A DNA stretch of 64,000 nt from Chrysomallon squamiferum. Lineage: Eukaryota; Animalia; Mollusca. This document shows, piece after piece, positions 36,705 through 63,860 of this stretch. The position numbers and the translations under genes were made by a program. The notes beneath the pieces are model-generated. The model did not search any database. It saw only the letters and a list, made by a program, of their open reading frames with translations, and was not told the DNA's origin. Numbering within the stretch: position 1 is the stretch's first letter; each line of letters begins with the position of its first letter. The stretch spans positions 16,492,001 to 16,556,000 of the forward strand of contig CM022667.1 in the NCBI GenBank assembly GCA_012295275.1, read 5' to 3'.

Positions 36705-39700
36705 ATGGGTAATAGTTCACTAATTTTTCTACTTCTAACTATGATCTTGTCTATAAATGTAAAAACGGACTGAGAGATATTGAGAAATTAAATTCAGTTT
36801 TGCAACATTTAAAAGTAAACATGCAAATATTATTTTTCTACAGGAAACATTTTGGGATAATGACTTCATTGAGAGATATAAACATTTATGGGAAGGAAAT
36901 ATATTTTATAATAATTGTCCAAATAAAAAAAAAGGGGTGTAGCAATACTGGTATCAAAAGAATGTCCTTATAAGTTTACATTTAATAGTTGCGACACTGA
37001 AGGCAGGATTTTAAAAATTAATACGAAAATAGATGAAGAAGAATACAGTTTTATAAATGTATATGCACCAAATAATATTGAAGAAAAGAATTTTATTTTT
37101 TAAAGGATTATGTAAATTTGTGGATTTAAAAAATACAATAATGGCAGGAGATTTTAATGACATTTTAGATCCTAATTTAGATTTGGGCATTAATAATAAA
37201 ACTTTCAATATAAAAAGTAGTAATGAATTACAGTCAGTTATTTTTAATTATAATTTAGTTGATATTTGGCGACACAGAAATCCAGATAAAAGGCAATTTA
37301 CTAGATCTCAAATAGTTGAAAAAACTATAAAACAGTCAAGAATTGATTTATTCTTAATTTCTAGAAATTTATTGCAGTTTATAAGTAATGTATACATATC
37401 CTATACCTCGGTTAGTGATCACAATTTTTTATCACTTAAAATAGATTTTTCTCATGTAGAGAGAGGTCAAGGTATTTGGATCTTTAATAATGAATTGTTG
37501 AAAGATGAAAGTTTTTGTAAAGCTATTATTGAAGTTATTAATAATGCTTCTGAGTGTCCTTTGTTACAGACTGAACCTAGTGTTTGGTGGGACAACTTAA
37601 AATATAAAATGAAAACATGTGCAAGAAATTTTGCAATAAAAAAGAGAAAATCAGATAACGAAAAATATTATAATATACAAAATGCTTTGAAAAGAGAATA
37701 TGCTAAACTAGCTGTAAATAATCATCATGATTTGAGTAACATACAAATTTTAGAAGAAAAATTAAAATTAATTGAGAGATCTAAATGTAATGGTGCTATT
37801 TTGAGATCTAAAGCTCATTGGAATCTAGATATGGATAGAAATACCACATTTTTTCTCAGTTTAGAAAAATCAAAACAAGAATCAAATTCTATTAAAGAGC
37901 TAAAAACAGTAAATGGATTAACAAGAAAAACAGAAGATATATTACAATATGCTTATGACTTTTATTCAAAATTATTTACGCAAGAAAATGTAGATATTAT
38001 TAAACAGGAAGAAATAATAAATTTAATATCAAATAAACTAAAAAGAATCTGAAAGTGAAAACTGTGAGAAAGACATTACAATTGAAGAATTAACTGAAGC
38101 TTTAAAAGAAATGAATAGAAATAAATCACCTGGTCTGGATGGTCTAACAGTAGAATTTTATGTTAAATTCTGGGAAAATTTTAAAAATTTCTTTCATAAA
38201 GTAGTTATGTCAATTCAGAAAGAAGAAATGTTGTCACGCAGTATGAAAAAAAAGGAGTAATTAGTTTATTTTACAAGAAAAAAAAAGGAGATAAAGCAGA
38301 CCTAAAAAAATTTCAGACCTATCAGCCTTTTAAATGTAGATTATAAAATTATTGCTAAAGTTCTTGCAAATCGTCTTAAACAAGTAATGTCAACTATTAT
38401 TTCATCAGAACAAACCTGTTGTGTAAAAGGAAGAGATATTGCTGACAATATTATGTCAGTAAGAGATATTATAGATATTGTCGAGTTAAATAATACAGAA
38501 GGGTATATAGTTAAAATAGATCAAGAGAAAGCATTTGATAGAGTATCACATAGTTTTATTTTAAAAGTTTTGAAAAAATTCAATTTTGGTGATAATTTTA
38601 TAAAGTGGATTAAAATACTATATAATAATATTAAAAGTTGTGTAAAAATTAATGGACATTTAACACCTTTTTTTAATATTACAAGAGGGGTTAGACAAGG
38701 ATGTCCAATATCAATGATGCTTTATGTTATTGTAGCTGAACCCTTAAATAATTTAATTAAAAAAAGACATAGCATGAATGGAATTAGGATAACAAATGAA
38801 CTTAATTCTTTATTATTTCAGCATGCAGATGATACTACAGTAACTGTCTGTGATGCTCAGTCAGTAGAAAATGTTTTTAATACAATAAATATGTATTGTA
38901 GTGCTACAGGGGCAAAAGTCAATGTAGATAAGTCAGAAGTACTTTATCTTGGTAAAACCATGATTGAAAACTTATCCTTTAACATTCCAATATCAATAAA
39001 TAAAAACTATGTTAAAATTCTAGGTATATATTTAGGACCAAATAAACTATTATGTGAAACTTTGAACTGGAAAAATAAATTAGCTAAAATGTCTAATCTA
39101 ATTAACTTATGGAGTCAAAGGAAACTTACTTTGCACGGAAAAGCTGAAGTATGGAATACTTTATTAACATCTAGACTGTGGTATATCATTAGCACAATAA
39201 ATGTACCAAATTGGGTAGAAAATGAAATTCATAAATTATTTTGTAAATTTATGTGGGAAGGAAAACATCTTTAATAAAATATTCAACAATAATTGGAAAT
39301 AAAATGTCGGGTGGACTAAATATTCAAGATATTTCATTAAAGAAAATGGCTTTTCGAATAAAAATGTTAAAGAAATATTTTGATAATAATTTTAAAAATG
39401 TGTGGAAATATACAATGTCAATATTTCTTGAAAAATATATGAATATGAATCTAAATTATGACATTTTTAAAATAGTATACAGTAAAGAAGCTTTAAAAGT
39501 TATTAATCCTTTTTATGCTGAAATATTATCAGCTTGGGACTATGTTAATAATGGAGAACGTAATTTCCCACTTGATACAGATGAAATATTGTCTCAGCCA
39601 CTTTTTCAAAATCCATTCATTAAATATAAAAACAAATTATTATTATTTAGTTCTTTTATAAAAAGTGGAATAGTCAAAGTGGCTGATATTGCTTATGAAG

Positions 39701-40614
39701 TAATACCAGGTTTTCTTCCTTTTACAGCTATTGTAGAAATTATTCATGAAAAATCTCCAGAATTATCCAAAAACCAAATTTATATAGCTTACAATGTTAT
39801 TAAGAAATCACTTCCAGATGAATGGAAAAGTGCTATTAACAGAAATGCTAAAAAATTAACTTCTAATAAAGATTTATTTTTGTTTCAGAATAATGAAATG
39901 ATAAATGTCAATAAATTTACAGCTAAAATAATTTATTCTATTTTAATTTTAAAAAACTTTAAAGCACCAACTTGTGAAGAAAAAAAATGAATGAGCTTGG
40001 TTTTAATATATTCTGGAGACCAGTTTGGAAATGGATACACTATAGTGATAAATTTACTGAATTTATAGACTTAGATTTTAGAATAGTTCATCATATAATA
40101 TATACATATAACAAATTATATAAATATGGCAAAATCTCATCTAGTGTATGTCCAGTGTGTTTGAAGGCTGATGAAGATTTGTGCCATTTATTTTTGTATT
40201 GTGAAGAATTGAAGGAATTAATATCAATCTTTCATGAAATATGTATTTATATATTTAAGAAAACAGGGTTTTCTCTAGAACAATTAAAAAGATTATTAAT
40301 ATTTGGATGTTATCTCAAAATTGAAAATAGTACAATAGAATTTATTAATATTATTCTTTCAATTTATAGAATAACAGTGTTCAAAAGGCGTGAAATAGCT
40401 CAATAGCTCAAATGAAAGGAACAAATATCAATATAATACATTTTTTTTGTGACTGAGAAATTATATGTATCAGTGCTTTAAAATCATTCTAAATCAATAT
40501 CGTATTCAAAACAAACTTTCAATTTTTATTAACAAATATGTTAAGAACAATATTTTCCTAGAACTAAAAGATGACATACTTATTTTCAAATATCCTTTGG
40601 AAAGCTACAAATAA
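36705..40614 (+). pseudogene. Tx1 ORF2 (EN-RT-zinc finger), frameshifted
   Basis: ORF pieces 37057-38052, 38387-39274, 39253-39990 and 39987-40406 are consecutive parts of one LINE ORF2. Confidence 0.9.
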
Positions 40615-40819
40615 TCAATATAGATAAATCATGGAAATGGATAAAAGAATTAATACTATAAAATACTGTAAATATATATGAATATTCCGAATAAATAAGT
40701 ATGCATGCATGTGAGTGTGAATGAGTGTGACTGAGTGTGTGAGAGGAAATAGTTTTTGTTATTGTTATTTACAGCTGTAATGTTATTTTAATTGTGTACA
40801 ACTGGTGATTATACTTTTG

Positions 40820-42425
40820 TGTAAAAGTTTGTTACCAGTGTCTATAGGACAATCACCTTCAGAAAGAATGTCCATATACAAAATGTTATAAATGTACCGA
40901 GATGAGACATACTGCAAAACATTGTTAAATACAAAAACTTTGTGAAAAATATGGAGGGAAAGTGTACGTATAAAGAGCATAATAATGAAAAGAATAATGA
41001 AAATCAAATGCAACAAAACGAAACAACCAAGAGAAATAATTCTGAAGAGTTGTCACATGAACATAGTAGAAGCTCCCCCGGAGTGAATGAACAGACCAAG
41101 TCAATCTGGGGTACACAAAAAAGATGATACGGAAGCTAGTGAAATAGAAATGGAAGAAGACAGCAACACAAGAGAAAATAAGTAAAAGACAAGAAGATCA
41201 AGAACAGTTAAAAGATCTACAGTATAGTGGACTGTGGAAAGCAGGTAGGGAAAGAGAGAAAGAAGAATGTCAGACGAAAGAAAGAAAAATGAATGTAAAG
41301 CAGACGAAACAAGCGTAAATGATGAAAATGAAGAAATTTAAGCAAAAAAAAAAAAAAAAAAGCTATTTATTAGAAAAGTTATAATATATTTAAGATATAT
41401 TAGAAATGGATTATTTTCTTCACAGTGTTGTTAATCTCTTTAAGTGTTAATGGTTTGAGAAATATTGACAAAATGAATTCATTATTTCCAGCTATTAAAG
41501 GTAAATATTCCTGTATAACCTTTCTACAAGAAAACGTTTGGGATAATGATTTTATAGAAACATACAAACATTTCATGGAGGGTAAAACATTCCATAATAA
41601 TTATCAATTTTAGTATCGAATAACTGTCCATATCAATTTACTTTTGATAGCTGTGATGAAAATTAAGAAAAAAAAAGACGAAAATGTTTATTTTTCACAA
41701 ATAAATATGCACAAAATATTTTGAAAGAAAGAATTTCTTTCTTTCAAATAATGCTACAGTTCGTTAAAGATGAAAATAATATACTAGCTGGTGATTTTAA
41801 TGAAATACTGGAGCCTTACTGAGACTTAAGAATTAACAATATAACTTTAATTTAATGTTAAATACTATCCATAAGAATATTAAGAGTGAATTAAATCTTT
41901 TTTGATATTTGGCGTTAGAGAAATCCGGGTAAAAGAGAATTTAGTAGAAGGCAGTTAGTAGAAAATACACTAAAGCAATCCAGGATTGAATATTCTTAAT
42001 ATGTAAATCATTATTAAAATATGTTGTAAATGTGAACATTGGTTATACAACGCTGAGTGGTCATAATTTCATTTCATTAAAATGTTGGCAAAATAGAAAG
42101 AGGACAAGGTGTTTGGATTTTCAAAACTTATTTACTAAATGACGAAGATTCCTGTAACGGTGTAAAACAGATTATTAGTGAAGCGAAAGAATGTTCACTA
42201 TTTTTATCTGAGCCACTGGTTTACTGGAACAATCTCAAATACAAAATTAAAAGTTTTGTTAAGTATTTTTCGTTGAAAAAATGAATTTTCGAAAGTGAAC
42301 AATATTATAAAATACAAAATGGATATAAAAGAGAAATTGCAAAACTAGCTTTATAGAATGACTATAACTAGACATCAGCTTTCAGTAGGAAAATTAGCCG
42401 ATATTGAAAAGAAGAAATGTGACGC
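40820..42425 (+). mobile_element. Second, diverged Tx1-family fragment (ORF1 knuckle to EN)
   Basis: KVCYQC..NHLQKECP; SLSVNGLRN, TFLQE, AGDFN, KQSRI, RGQGVW motifs with many stops. Confidence 0.8.
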
Positions 42426-43781
42426 AGCATTATTATTATTATAATAATGTTAACAGTAATGATATCTGTCCTTCTGACCATCTGTATCTTCATCACTCTG
42501 TATGTGTGTGTGTATGTACGTATGTCAGTTTTAGTAACAGTCTCAATTTCTGACATATGTTCCCGTATATTCATTCCTGTTACAGATATTAATAATATCC
42601 AGTGATTTTTCAACTAATATCATTGGTACCTATTTTTTGTTAATGAGAAAAAGGTACAAAAATATCTGACGATGATCATGATAATGATGATGGACAGAAT
42701 AATAAATACAAAGACCAACAACAAAATCATTAAATGCATTTATCTTTAATAAATTATAATGAAAATTACAAAAGATAGAAATATAAATGAAAACATTTAA
42801 CAATTTCAGTAAGTATAAAGTAAAAAACAAATTTACCCTAAGAATTACACAGCTACTGATAATCGCAAGGCAAGTTTTGAAAATTTTGATTTCCTGATGA
42901 CTTCATTAAGTGTAATTATACGTTATAACTGTGATCTGATAATAAATGTAAAATGAAGTGATAAAAAAAAAAAAAAAAAAATAAAATAATGTGGACTTAT
43001 TTGACTGCGAAATAGTATGATTTTTTTCTGTATAATGAAATAATTTTATTTAACATCTTTTTAAACTTCATGAATAAAAATGACATATAGTCTAAAACAA
43101 AAAAGAAAATACTATTCATAACAAAAACTATGTTTGAAAATAAAAGTGAAAAACAGTTTGGATATTATTTATTTATTAATTTTGTTCCTAAAATATATCC
43201 ACTTAATATCAACAACACTGGATACATTACTTATCAAAGTAACAGCAATAATGAAGGTAACAGCATACCGTATAGCAAAAATTATCACTTTACAACACTA
43301 ATAATCACAACATGATTGCACAAGAAACAGAATTATTATTACCTCAATCTCTAACAAGAGAATTTAACAATACATTCTCAGTTACAAACCACACTAAAAT
43401 ATGAATTTTCTTAAATTTCAAACAGAAAAGAAATCCCAATAATTACATTTTAAATAACAATTTACAAAATAATAATAATAGAACATGAAATAAAACACAA
43501 GGTAAATTTTGATTTTTGTATAATATCAGTTGTTTACTAACAGATGTGTTTCTGTGATCTTGCAGGCGAACTCAGTCGGCTGACACTGACCCAGCAGATG
43601 TAAATAATTAATCAATACAAAACTGCCGAGACCTCTTCCAGTTATTTCTTGTTTGATTTGACATATGCTTTTAAGACTAAAAGAGTTGATAATTACAATT
43701 TATTATAAAATACAAATTTTTATGTTGTTACAGAATCGTGATAATAAAATAATAACAATAATAATAATAAAAATAATAATG

Positions 43782-43826
<45 letters not shown>

Positions 43827-43855
43827 TAGCTATATGTTTTGATCGTTAATCAGCA

Positions 43856-55947
<12,092 letters not shown>

Positions 55948-57030
55948 CTGAAATGAAGCAAAATGAAAAATGAGAGGCTAACAAAATGACACGTTATGTC
56001 AGGCTGTGCAGTTAGCTTTGTGTTTGCAAACTGCTGATAGCTGTGTTTGTTGAAGACAAATGATACACTTCAGTCGACTTATGACTGCACGGTCCATAAT
56101 GAAAGGAATGTACACTGTAAGTGAAACTACACAAATAACCTGCAGAGATTCGGGTCGGTGGACATCCTGGGTGGCCGACAGATAAAACGGATATGTAACA
56201 GACCGGCGGACAACGTATCAATCTGTCCATCAAATAGGAATTGATGAAGGATATATTATACATATAGATGGATGAATGATATATATTTGGCAGACTTTTG
56301 CATAGATGGACGGAATATTACATACGAGAGTGGCATGAATTATGGATGCATAACATTTGTAAACTGAAACATGTTAAGATTATTAATAAATGATTTAAGA
56401 CGAATGGATGAATACTTGGAGATTAGAATGCAGATAAAGAAACAACAATAATAAAACAAGAAGAAGAAGAAGAAGAAGAAGAAGAAGAAGAAGAAGAAGA
56501 AGAAGAAGAAAAAGAAGAAGAAGAAGAGATACAAAGAAAAAACAATTTGCCAACCATAAACTTCAAATAAGTTACTCGTGTAATACTTAAGACTGTATCT
56601 ATACGCTTGTATGCTCAAGTTAAAAAAAATACATTAAAATTCCTATGCCTTTATCGTGTACTCATGCAAAAGCAAACAAAAATCTATTTATTCTGCTTAC
56701 TACAATCTCATTTTACTGCACAGCTGTGTAAACTAATCCATAAAAGACATAAATAAAGGGGGGAAAAAAACTACTTTCCAGGTCATACATTTCCTTACGT
56801 CAAAAACAAAGAGAAAATAAATGAAAAAGAAACAAGAAAGTAAAATATAGACAACTAAGAAAATGAAATTTTACTTAAATACTAATTTTATGAAGATTTT
56901 ATACACATGTAGGTATAAAGCAGTGAACAGAGAGCACTTGTCAATCGTAACAGGATAACGTTCTGTCTAATCCTAAGATTAACGTTAACTGTCAATTTAT
57001 TCATTTACTTACTTACTTACTTACTCATTT

Positions 57031-57129
<99 letters not shown>

Positions 57130-58412
57130 GTTTTGTTACTTTCTTCTCATATACGGTATTATTCATTTTAGCAGTGTTGATAATCCTAACCTTGATGGTA
57201 AGACTTAATGCAGTTCGTTGATGCTATATTTAAACACGATATCATGAGTAAAGGAAAAGCTATAAAGGCAGCTGAGACATTTGCTTTTCTAACAGGTTTA
57301 ATTTTAACATTACTGTAATACTTCATCGTTTGCCACGGACAGACTCCGTAATCACGTACAAACAATAACCTGGTGGTAGCAAAACATACCTGATGTGTCT
57401 ATCATTAAAGGTATCTTGAATTTACCTGTATCCGCTCGGTAACATTTGACAAATACAAAACCACTGTATCTTGGTAGCAAATAATTCGGTACGATAAAAC
57501 AGCATTCCGGCATACATAATTTACTGTAAGCTAACATCTTTTATTAAACAACATACCGCAGACGGGTTTGTTCTTCTGAACACGAAGGCAGTTTGCCGAA
57601 ACGAATCAGATCAGCATGCACACTGTGATTTGTGCCGTGGAATTTGTAAATGATAAGACTCAGCTAGTGTCGCGACGCTGGTCAAACAGAGACGCAGATA
57701 ATGAATTTTTATTTCACTTTGTGTTGTGAACCTGCCCGATACAGGTATAGCGTGACAAGGCGGAATGCTGTGTCGGTGATGTATTGTGCAGATAAGTAGT
57801 ACATTAACTTAGGTGGAAAGCATTAAAGTGTGTCTTTGATCATATGATGAAATTACCCTGAATATAAATTTTGAATACCTCGAAAATATTTGCGTTTTTT
57901 TTTTGTTCACTTTGTACAACAGATTTTTCTAATAATAAAGTATGCTAGCGAAATAACAAGACTGCGAATATACGACGAGGCTGACTTCGTCTTTTTTTTA
58001 TTCCACTGAAATGTGAAACAAGAACAACTTTAGCAAAGATGTCGTGTCTCACAAAGATGTCGTGTCTTACAAAGATGTCTCCTCGTTTCTGTAATTGTTT
58101 ACAATAACGGGTGTGAAATTACGTGGGTCTTAAAGCGATCGCTCATCAAGCCACTGAATTACGTCTGATTGCATGCTGCGTCGAACGTGCTCTTTAAACG
58201 TTGACAACGGTTTGGGTTTTGATGACAATGCGACTGTATGAGTCGTCGTCGCAGCACGTTCATCCGATCCTTAAACCAGTTTTATCTTTCTAAACAAACG
58301 ATTACAACAAAAGCAGAGAGCAAATTACACATCTACTGCAGACTGACCTGGCCTTGATTGTCAAAACAAACGACAGATGGATTGATGAATTGATATAGAT
58401 AGATAGACAGGC

Positions 58413-58445
<33 letters not shown>

Positions 58446-58500
58446 TACATACATACATACATACATACCCTAACTAACTAAATACATACATATTTCTTAC

Positions 58501-58562
<62 letters not shown>

Positions 58563-58790
58563 GGATGGATAGATGGATGGATGGATGGATGGATGGATAG
58601 ACAGATAGATAGATAGAGATAGATGACAGACAGACAGAAAACCAGAGTCAGTTTATGGATACTGAAACACAAACAAAATGATGGATATCAATAGGTTTAC
58701 TTTAATCTGTGTTTAATCTAAGTAGAATTTCCTAGGAGAGAACAAAAATAGTGTTATAATATTTATCCGTACAATTCTGATTTTAATACA

Positions 58791-58891
<101 letters not shown>

Positions 58892-59199
58892 ATTTTTTTT
58901 TGTTTTTTTTTTTTAGTATTTTATATGTATATATTAAACAAAAGAAACAAAACAAATGGGTACCCGTACTGGTTCAAGATCACACTCTCATCCGCCATAA
59001 CACATGCACAGCGTTAACCCTTAATACGCCATCAAAACAACTTAATGTTTTATTGTATGAGAAAAACCCGCTAATTGACACCTTAAGAGCTGAACCCTTG
59101 CGGGCTTAAGCTGTAACAGGAATTTCAAAGAGGGTTTAAGAATGCCAACTGCCCTAATGGTCATGTTATTGTACACGACCTAGGACGGTGTCAGAATTA

Positions 59200-59246
59200 T
59201 CAGCCAATCAGCCTTCGTAATCAACAATGAACTGCCCCCTGGTGGT
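59200..59246. promoter_or_regulatory. CCAAT box and CTCF-like motif
   Basis: AGCCAATCAG at ~59202; CTGCCCCCTGGTGG at 59232-59245 (reverse complement CCACCAGGGGGCAG). Confidence 0.5.
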
Positions 59247-59758
59247 GAGACTTAATGCATGTCGTTTGTGCTACAGTAACACACCGGGACATTAACAGTC
59301 ATAGGTCTGGAAATTTACTTTTATTTTGACAAGTTTTTAATTACGTGTTTATTGCTTTATTGTAATTTAAATGCATTTAACACATACTAAATATTTATGA
59401 CTCCACTTGTTAATCAAAACATAAAAGAACTGTTAATTTTGTTGAAAATTTGTATTTATAGATTAATGTGTCTAGTCACTTACTTATTTACTTATTCGTT
59501 TATTAATTTATTTACCATAACATCCTTTGTAATATTTTTCTGAATAATCCCATCAGATTACATATTTTAACCTTTTTTTTTCTTTAATTTTTGTTGACAT
59601 TAAATTCAAATTAATATAGCTTGCGCCATAATTGATTTGCTCTTACATAAATACATAATATCGACTTTGTTCGTTTATGGATATAATGTAACTTCTAATT
59701 ATTTAGATGAAGCACGCATCAAGAACATAATAATTAAAGGGGTCAATTTCTTGGACAG

Positions 59759-59795
<37 letters not shown>

Positions 59796-60715
59796 AATAA
59801 TAAACTGTTTAATTGATTTTAAAGGCAGCAATTTAGTTAAATCTAGCCGAGGGATCCCTGAACGGAAATTGCGCCGTTTTCCTTTCAACGCCATGTTTAT
59901 TTATTTTCGTGCACATCTATTTTATATAATTTCATGAAGATTTATTCTTGAAATGACAACCATACAAAACTTCAGCGGCTGGCAACTTACACATCCGGCC
60001 AGAATATTTTCTTGTGTACAAAATTTCTCAACCGTAAACATATACTTAGCAATTTGATATCTGTTGTCACAGCAACCGCGATAACTTGTCGACATTAATG
60101 AAGGACCCCCTCCTGATTAGGGTTACAGTAAACACCTGAAATCATTATTATTACTCTTTTTCTTCTCCTGAATTTTGTCACACATGAAAACGAAAATGTT
60201 TTGACGCCTATCAGAGATGCAATTATCATTAAAACAGTTTTTGTGGTTTTGTGTTCCACTACTGCCAAAAATTCCGTCTCCGCCTTTAACTTAATTTATA
60301 ACGAAGTTTTTGTGTTCATCTCCTAGATCCAGGTCTAATAATGATTCAGGTTCTGTGTTCGAATCGGGCATAATTCAGAAAATGCTGAATATGACAAAAA
60401 CTCTGTGCCAGATTTGTAGTCTAATTAAATTATTTAAAATTAACATTATAGATGTCTTTGACTGATAACAAAGATTATTTTATTATTGTAATCTATACAT
60501 TTAACAAAATCAATACATTTAATTTAATTATTGTTTTATTGTTTTATTTATTTGTTTATTGAGGAGAAGGAGGACATAGTTAATAATCTTAATTTTTAAT
60601 ATATTTGTTTTGTGGACATTAGAGTTTAGAAAATCAATTACAGACATAAACAGAAGAACAACTAAATAAATAATATATATATATATATATTTTTTTTTTT
60701 TGCTCCCACTATACG

Positions 60716-60767
<52 letters not shown>

Positions 60768-61340
60768 GTTGTTGTTGTTTAATGGTTACTATTTTGGTTT
60801 GTTATTGTCATTGGTATTACTGATGCTATTCTGGCCCAAAATGAAATGCACTTGAAAAGATATACATAGAGTGTGTCCCTGATCGAGGCTTCTACAAACC
60901 TTTATTTCTTGGATTAGAAAGTTCAGGTAGGCTGTGACGTATATTATGTATCCTTTCTTACTACACACGCTTGTATTAGTGTCACAGGAGGACAGGTAAA
61001 TAAATGTATGATAATACGTACATGATCGGATCAGGTGAAAAGAGATAAGCCAAAACCCTAGAATCAACGATAGTGTCAATAAAATGCCACCGTTACCGCC
61101 CCAGGGATATAGGGGATTAAAACTGAGTGGTTTCTGTTGAGGAAATAACAGACGTTGTTGAGAAAAGTCAGTGAAGAGAGAGATGATTATGTAACAAACT
61201 GTTTTCAGAATAAAATAAATAAATAAATAAAAGGCATACTTTCGTGGCAATAAAACACTTTTTTTTCTTTTCTTTTTAAATTTTAGATCACGCCAAAAGA
61301 TTAAAATTAATGCAAAACACATACATACATATATACATAC

Positions 61341-61384
<44 letters not shown>

Positions 61385-62317
61385 TGACAGAGAGAGTGAC
61401 AGAGGCACATATATAGATTAGTATGCATTAGTAAATATAGTTAGACGTAGATATACATGCATACATATACATACACATACACATAAGGACATGTTACTAC
61501 ATATATAAATGTATATTCATGGAGTACATAACTAGGTACAAGGCTCTGACTAAATATGTAACTGAACTAAGAAAGAAAGAAAGAAAGGAAGGAAGGAAGG
61601 AAGGAAGGAAAGGAAAGGAAAGGAAAGGAAAGGAAACAACTAGAACGAGAAAGAAACTACGTGTAATCTGTACGCACCCAGTTCGGAGGTAATCCATTTC
61701 AGTCTTTGCAGACGACAAAACATCACGTCTGCTTTTGGAAACCAAACGAACAACAATGTCCACGCTATCGGACTTCTCACGGCTTTGCTAAGTCCACAAA
61801 AACTACAAAGCAAATTTGTGGATGGACTGACCACTGCCCGTAGTGTATGACCTTTGACCGCCACAACATTCTTTCATTTGATTGGTCTAATTAGACTCCC
61901 TAGGGAGTGAGGTCTACCAAAACTGACCAACCTGATTCGGATATCAGTTAACAATCTCGGTCTGAGCCGTCGAAGCGAGGCAGACCGGAATTCGAGCATC
62001 TAATTAACCTCGGCTGTCCTCGTGAAAATTCGGCGTCGATAATTCTGTCACGTTTTAGCGGTATAATTATTAATTTATATGCGCACGACTGAAGGATATT
62101 GTAATTATTTGTAAATTTATCATACGTGGAGAAAAGAAAATGGTCAGAAAGCAGTCAACTAAAATGTTTATGATTTTTTGGTTTGAATAGTTAAGCAAAT
62201 AATTGTGACCAAAAGTATAGGGTAACCTCTGTCTTATTTGTTTTCAGGTTTCCAGCATGATTTTTTATTATCTCTTTACCTGTCAGAATAAATCTACTGC
62301 TTTCACCTTTCCCACTG

Positions 62318-62477
62318 ATGTTAACACTAGCTACTGCTATTGTTTCTACGTCTGTTATCACAGCAACGTTGCTGTCGTCTCCTACTACTACTACGGCAGG
62401 TACCATTCATATCTGTATAACGTAATTAAAAGAGTATATAAATAAATAAATACATGTAGTAAGAAAGGCAGAGATAT

Positions 62478-62566
<89 letters not shown>

Positions 62567-63860
62567 CAGACAGACAGACAGACAGAGTATGTGTATACGT
62601 ATGTAGGTAATTAATTCAGGCGCTATGCTGGAAATGAGGTGTTTACAACCCATTACTATTACAAATGTAACAATAACCGTTGTTCAAATCAGATTTATTT
62701 ATATCCACAGGCATGCTGATCCTGGGGTGTAGATAGGTGTGGCTGATTACGGAAAAAGATGAAAGCTTCGGGTTGTAAATATGCTCAGGAGAAAACAGTG
62801 TTATATTAAATGACGTCTCATAAACTCTTTGAATTCGAATCAGCTGAACTAATCCTCTAAGATAAGAACTCAAAAACCTTGGTTTAGAGCAATGGATGGA
62901 TATAAATGCACATTTAAAGCAGAAAGTAAAATATTTCAGTGAAAAAACAAATCAGAAATATAAATAAAAATAACAACATTTAAAAAAAGACGGTTTAAAA
63001 TCTCTCATGCATCTTATTAGAATACTTGGTAATTAAATTTAACTCCTTTCTAATACGTCATTAATCCTTTGATTGAAAAAAAAAGGTTTTAATTCTACTG
63101 ATTGTTAATAATACTCTACAAACAATTTCATTAACGGTTATGAGACTTTTCTGATACCATGGGAACCTTTCATTTCATTGGATGCTCAGCTGCTGGTCTT
63201 GGACACTGATTAATATTCATTAACCTCAGTTATAGATTTATCAACGTTCCAATGAGAACGGGTCTAATCCTAACAGTCAGAGCCTGTATGAAGCTTACCT
63301 AAAGCCCGCACTCTGAAAGAAAACTTCAAACAAGCTGATTCTAGGCAAAATTATTAAGTTATTAATTCAAGAGTCTTGCTGTGAGCAATGTAACTTGTAA
63401 CGACTCGCGTGTTTAACGGTGAATGGAAGGTTTTAAACTGCAAACTGGATTCGTCCCTGTGGCTGATTGAAATAAACTCGCGAAAAGACAGCTGAACAAG
63501 AGACTTGTCTTAACCTGTCTTGTTTGAGTGGATTTAAGATGCTTTGACACTAACACTAGCTGGTACTTAGAGCCGTTGTTTGTTTGTCTGTGTGTACGTT
63601 TTCGTGTTTGTCTGTGTGCACGTTTATTTCTTGTCTGTGAATTTGTTTGCCTGTTTGCTTATTTCAAGAAGGTCACGTGTGACAACGATTGTTTGTTTTT
63701 GTTGTTGTTGTTGTTGCTGTTGCTGCTGAGCAGTTCATTATATGATTGTTTTGTTTGTTTATTTGTTTGTTTTTTTTCTAATTTCTATTTACACTGCCAT
63801 TTTTCAGCTGTCCCATTGACAGTCTTCTGTCGATTTGCCCGTCCGTTCATCCGTCTCATT
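62318..63860 (+). CDS. Possible first exons of a divergent gene with a signal-peptide-like N-terminus
   Basis: Exons 62318-62399 (MLTLATAIVSTSVITATLLSSPTTTTA, donor AG|GTAC) and 63808-63860 (TTTTCAG acceptor, AVPLTVFCRFARPFIRLI, donor GTGAGT) join in phase 1. Confidence 0.3.

Larger units (their letters stand above)
35671..40815 (+). mobile_element. Near-complete Tx1-clade non-LTR retrotransposon inserted in tRNA-Lys
   Basis: ORF1 with CCHC knuckles; ORF2 with APE endonuclease (FLQET, NVYAP, AGDFN, SRIDLF, SDH), RT (KSPGLDG, DQEKAFD, GVRQGCPIS, QHADD) and C-terminal zinc motif; frameshifts, mostly in A-runs. Confidence 0.95.

Noticed and set aside
59014-59140. piggyBac-like MITE (TTAACCCT...AGGGTTTA)
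   Set aside because: The terminal match is only a few bases and the TSD is imperfect.
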